DNA of 64,000 nucleotides from a bacterium (GTDB lineage Bacteria > SAR324 > NAC60-12): NCBI GenBank assembly GCA_965205865.1, contig CBDBHR010000030.1:416001-480000 (forward strand), written 5' to 3'. Positions 59,961-64,000 of the stretch are shown one piece after another (positions within the stretch are counted from its first letter, which is position 1; each line of letters begins with the position of its first letter). The notes beneath the pieces were generated by a model, which saw only the letters and a program-made list of their open reading frames with translations, made no database searches and had not been told where the DNA came from. The position numbers were made by a program, and so were the translations under genes.

Positions 59961-61018
59961 CCTTGTTCCTCATCCTTGATAATCAAATCCAAACGCTTCT
60001 CGAGGAAACGTTGGCCATACCAGGATTGCACTCCATAGAGCCATGATTTTGAACGAGCATTGAACTCTTCGATTTGTTGCTGCAACCCTTCGTCGCGAAT
60101 ATCATCTCGCAATGCCATGTCGATGGCGAGATAATAATGATTTCCCTCCTCGATTTCTCGCTCTCCAATATTGACACGGACAATACGGCCATCAAAAAGT
60201 TCGGCTGTGTAATAAGTAAGCTGTTCTCTCCCTGTTTCTTCCACAGGTGTTCCCACAGGAACGATCTTGTCAAAACGCAATCCGCGCATTGCATTGCCGA
60301 GAGATCCGATGGCGTTTTGATCCATTTTGCCCTGCTCCACCATCCCTTCACTTTTCCATTCTGTCTCTATTGTTTCACGAACAAAACGAAATATTTCTTC
60401 TGCGTGCCGTATTTCCACGGCTTTAACCATTTCATCCCCCTGTATATCCACAATGGAGGTATTGAGCCACGCCGATTCTTCTGCTTCAGCAGTTATACTC
60501 TCAGCAACCAGGTATACCGCGGAGTCTCCTGCAAAGCGCAGATACTGCCCAACTTTAAAGCCCTGTCTTTCACTTCGAGATTTTCCCAGAAGAATTTCCA
60601 ATAAAGGACCACCTTCTTTTCCCCGCAACAAGAGGAGTTTTCCGGTTTTTTCCTTCTGCCATTGTCCATTGTTTTCATTGACGTGCAGCAAATGAAAGCG
60701 TGAATGGTATTTAGTCTGTTCGGTGACTTTTTCTCCCAATTTGGTATCCAAGAGCTGTAACAAAAGATCATGAATCTTATCTGCATCCGCCTCGTAATTG
60801 AGACCTTCGACTCTCCACTGATCATCTTTTGATTTAAAAAGCTCTGCTTTTCTCTGCTCATCATTTTGAATGACGATTCCTGCGAGTTGCTCGGTATCCA
60901 AATTGGATAAGATTCTCTTATTTTCTACACTGCTGGAGGAAACCCTTCCCTGCGCATACCATAAAGCCAGTCCGACTACCACGATGATCCCTGTCACAAT
61001 TGACAATTTTTTCAGCAT
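59957..61018 (-). CDS. DUF4340-like exported protein
   Basis: N-terminal TM; typical partner of GldAFG-like operons. Confidence 0.65.
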   Translation of the reverse strand: MLKKLSIVTGIIVVVGLALWYAQGRVSSSSVENKRILSNLDTEQLAGIVIQNDEQRKAELFKSKDDQWRVEGLNYEADADKIHDLLLQLLDTKLGEKVTEQTKYHSRFHLLHVNENNGQWQKEKTGKLLLLRGKEGGPLLEILLGKSRSERQGFKVGQYLRFAGDSAVYLVAESITAEAEESAWLNTSIVDIQGDEMVKAVEIRHAEEIFRFVRETIETEWKSEGMVEQGKMDQNAIGSLGNAMRGLRFDKIVPVGTPVEETGREQLTYYTAELFDGRIVRVNIGEREIEEGNHYYLAIDMALRDDIRDEGLQQQIEEFNARSKSWLYGVQSWYGQRFLEKRLDLIIKDEEQG

Positions 61019-61554
61019 GACTTCACTCCTTGTCAATGGAGAATTAAAATGAAATCAGATGTACTGACGTATGAAATTATACTACGGGTTTTTCTCCATA
61101 AAAACGAGAATCCCACTGTTTCCAAGCGATTTTGGCATCATTCATTGCAGATTCTCTTCTTTATGTATATGTTTAATTCTTGAATAAAGGGATTTTGCCT
61201 GCCGGTGGAAAGCGAATTCCCAGGGAATTTTCTGGTACCTTCACTCCCCTGGAATTGAATTGTTATACACTGCCATACTCCTCCCTGACGTATCAAGATA
61301 TATTTCCGACTCCCGGGGAATACTCTTTTATTTTTATTGATTAACCTGAGTTCGGCAGGATTTAATACTTGATAAATAATTTAGAAAAAAAAGGATTAGC
61401 AATTAAGGGAGAACGGAAGATAGAATCAGGTTCGCAAGAAAAGAGCATCAAACTCGCATGATTGTAAAATTTGGATTCGATTGTAAAATGGGATATCCTT
61501 ATATAATCCCTTTCAATTTATCTTTTTAAATTCACTTATGAAGGAATACAGCCA

Positions 61555-62523
61555 ATGAAAGCAGTATTGATCAAAGAAACAGGTGGTTCTGAAAAAATGA
61601 CATATGAAGACGTTGACGCGCCTGCCTGTGAAGCAACCGATGTTTTAGTTAGTATCGGAGCGGCTGGCGTCAACTTTATCGACACTTATCAACGCTCCGG
61701 ACTTTATTCGGTGAATCTCCCACATGTTTTAGGAATGGAAGGAGCGGGCGTAGTGGAAACAATTGGAACAGAGGTCGCTGATTTTTCAGTTGGAGACCAT
61801 GTTGCCTTCACCGGAGTTCCCGGAGCTTATGCGGAATATGTGAAGGTACCGGAATCGCGGCTGGTGAAATTACCGGCAGGCGTGTCGATCCGTGAAGGGG
61901 CGGCAGCAATGTTACAAGGCTGTACCGCTCATTATCTTACGCACTCCACATATCCCTTACAAGAAGGCGACCGTTGTCTGATTCATGCCGCTGCCGGAGG
62001 GATGGGCCTCTTGATGCTTCAAATGGCAAAAATGGCAGGGGCCTACGCGATTGGGACCGTTTCCACAGAAGAAAAAGCCGCAAAGGCCAAAGAGGCGGGT
62101 GCTGATGAAGTGATCCTCTATACTCAAACTGATTTTGAACAAGAAGTCTCCCGACTCACTGCCGGACAAGGGGTCCACGTCGTTTATGACTCTATCGGTA
62201 AAGCCACCTGCGCCAAAAGCCTCAATTGTTTGAGACCCCGCGGCTTTCTGGTACTATATGGCAATTCCAGCGGTCCGGTGACAGAATTCAATCCCGTGCA
62301 TCTACAAGCCAAAGGCTCGTTATTTCTAACACGTCCCTCCCTGAATGACTATATTGCCGAAAGAGAAGATTTGGAACAACGAACCAATGAGATTTTTGAT
62401 TGGATTAAAGAAAAGAAATTAAAATTGGCCATCAATCATATTTTTCCGCTCTCTGAGGCCAAAAAAGCCCATATGGATCTGGAAGGACGAAAAACGACCG
62501 GGAAGATCTTATTGATACCCTGA
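61555..62523 (+). CDS. qor: NADPH:quinone oxidoreductase
   Basis: GVNFIDTYQRSG, HAAAGGMG and KGSLFLTRP motifs. Confidence 0.93.
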   Translation: MKAVLIKETGGSEKMTYEDVDAPACEATDVLVSIGAAGVNFIDTYQRSGLYSVNLPHVLGMEGAGVVETIGTEVADFSVGDHVAFTGVPGAYAEYVKVPESRLVKLPAGVSIREGAAAMLQGCTAHYLTHSTYPLQEGDRCLIHAAAGGMGLLMLQMAKMAGAYAIGTVSTEEKAAKAKEAGADEVILYTQTDFEQEVSRLTAGQGVHVVYDSIGKATCAKSLNCLRPRGFLVLYGNSSGPVTEFNPVHLQAKGSLFLTRPSLNDYIAEREDLEQRTNEIFDWIKEKKLKLAINHIFPLSEAKKAHMDLEGRKTTGKILLIP

Positions 62524-62653
62524 AGGGATAACACCCGGTACGCCTATCCATATTTGTTCCCAACACCACCCTACGGGATACCCGGATGCGAAATAAACTG
62601 AACTATTCTGGTCCCTTAGGAATGAAATTTAAATAAGTTAGAAGTATGGATAC

Positions 62654-62734
62654 GCAAAATTAGGGGACACGTAACAGCAGGCATAAAACAGTAGAGTTGG
62701 GATGCGCAGCGGTGTACATGTCCCCCAATTTTGC
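62654..62734. repeat. REPIN-like GGGGACA inverted pair
   Basis: GCAAAATTAGGGGACACGTA and TACATGTCCCCCAATTTTGC, 18/20. Confidence 0.75.
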
Positions 62735-62889
62735 TCACACCATCGAAAGAATTACAGGTTATTTAAGGTTTGTTCCTTAAAGGAGAGTTTCGGTAACAAG
62801 GAGGTGCCAGTGAAAGATGCGGAGCCTGAGGGAGCACTTCATAGTTATCTGTCAGACACCGACTATCATGGAAGAATCAACTGATACCG

Positions 62890-64000
62890 TCAGATAAGCA
62901 CGTTTTCTTTTTCTTCCGGCACACGGAAATAATTGCAGTTGGACTGAGGACATTTTAAGTAACTATTTTTTCCGGACTGCCTCTCTTCCATGATTGGAAA
63001 TCCACATTGAGGACAGGCTTCTCCAACTGGCCGATTCCAAATCGAATATTTACACTTGGGATAATTGGAACAGCTGTAAAACACCTTCCCTTTTCGAGAT
63101 TTTCTCTCGAGGAGGGAGCCTTTCTTGCAGTGAGGACAGGCAACTTCCGTATCTATTTGAACTTTTTTCCGAACATAGTTGCACCGGGGATAATTTTCAC
63201 AAGAAACAAAAGGGCCATAACGACCTCTACGCTGAACCAAACCAGAACCACAAATTTCGCAATCACCCTCCACAAGGATGGTAGATTCTTCCTCCAACGG
63301 TTTTGTGTTCCGGCATTTTGGATAATTGGAACAGGCATAAAATTTTCCAAAACGTCCAATCTTAATTTTAAAAGGTTGCCCACATTTGTCACATAAAACG
63401 TCACTGACATCCGGTTTGACGATAAGGGGGTCGCCGTTGGCATCCCGAGTCAGTTCCGCCGTAAATTTGCAGTCGGGATAATTGGTACAGGCCAAAAATT
63501 CTCCATGTTTACCCCACTTGACCACCAACATATTTTGGCAGATTTCACATTGGATATTGGTGGGAATTTCCTGTTTTTTGACATCTCGCATCTTCACCTG
63601 AGCTTCTTGCAGGTCCTTTTTGAATTTCTGATAAAAGACACGAATCGCTTCTCTCCAATTTTCATCACCCGCTTCGACAGCATCTAAAATATCTTCCAGG
63701 TGGGCAGTGAAATGGACGTCAAGGATTTCAGGAAAATTTTCTACGAGTAGTTCATCGACGAGTATGCCTATCGAGGTGGGATGGAAGCGATTTTTGTCTC
63801 GTTTTACGTATTCGCGCTTCGTGATGGTTTCCAGAATGGATGCGAAGGTGCTGGGACGTCCAATTCCTTTTTCTTCCAATTCCCGGATCAAGGTAGCCTG
63901 GCTATACCGAGGAGGCGGCTCTGTGAAGTATTGAAAAGGCGTGACTTTGCTAACTTGCAGCACTTCTCCTTCTCTCAAAGGGGGCAGGGGCTGATCGGGT
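62890..64000 (-). CDS. topA: DNA topoisomerase I, C-terminal part
   Basis: PPPRY, GIGRPST; five C4 zinc ribbons. Confidence 0.96.
   Translation of the reverse strand, partial: PDQPLPPLREGEVLQVSKVTPFQYFTEPPPRYSQATLIRELEEKGIGRPSTFASILETITKREYVKRDKNRFHPTSIGILVDELLVENFPEILDVHFTAHLEDILDAVEAGDENWREAIRVFYQKFKKDLQEAQVKMRDVKKQEIPTNIQCEICQNMLVVKWGKHGEFLACTNYPDCKFTAELTRDANGDPLIVKPDVSDVLCDKCGQPFKIKIGRFGKFYACSNYPKCRNTKPLEEESTILVEGDCEICGSGLVQRRGRYGPFVSCENYPRCNYVRKKVQIDTEVACPHCKKGSLLERKSRKGKVFYSCSNYPKCKYSIWNRPVGEACPQCGFPIMEERQSGKNSYLKCPQSNCNYFRVPEEKENVLI

Noticed and set aside
62524-62889. Possible ncRNA or IS remnant between qor and topA
   Set aside because: Only the IR pair is supportable

Overview
Bacterial chromosomal window (core genes suggest a deltaproteobacterial/SAR324-like host; this is inference). 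It alternates housekeeping blocks (alternative complex III actABCDEF, bamD, glyQS, hisAF, dnaX/ffs/tRNA-Ser, asd, mtnP, rodZ, dacA, pyrF, a Gld-like ABC system, qor, topA) with three mosaic accessory zones (about 1-15.6 kb, 33.9-43.2 kb, 52.2-53.1 kb). The left end holds a decaying type I-C-like CRISPR-Cas locus: cas8c with a likely internal cas11, cas7, an internally deleted cas3, and a 5-repeat array with a 144-bp MITE inside one spacer. The most striking unexplained structure is a family of short GGGG(T/A)CA(G/C) inverted-repeat ends linked to a RAYT-like HUH transposase (four copies or remnants). These ends sit at junctions between foreign, often truncated genes, show stuttered partial copies at their outer edges, and one is split exactly by a group II intron whose predicted EBS1 pairs with it. 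A second element family consists of a small GIY-YIG gene flanked by REP palindromes and long terminal inverted repeats. All family assignments come from motif recognition by eye; no database searches were run.
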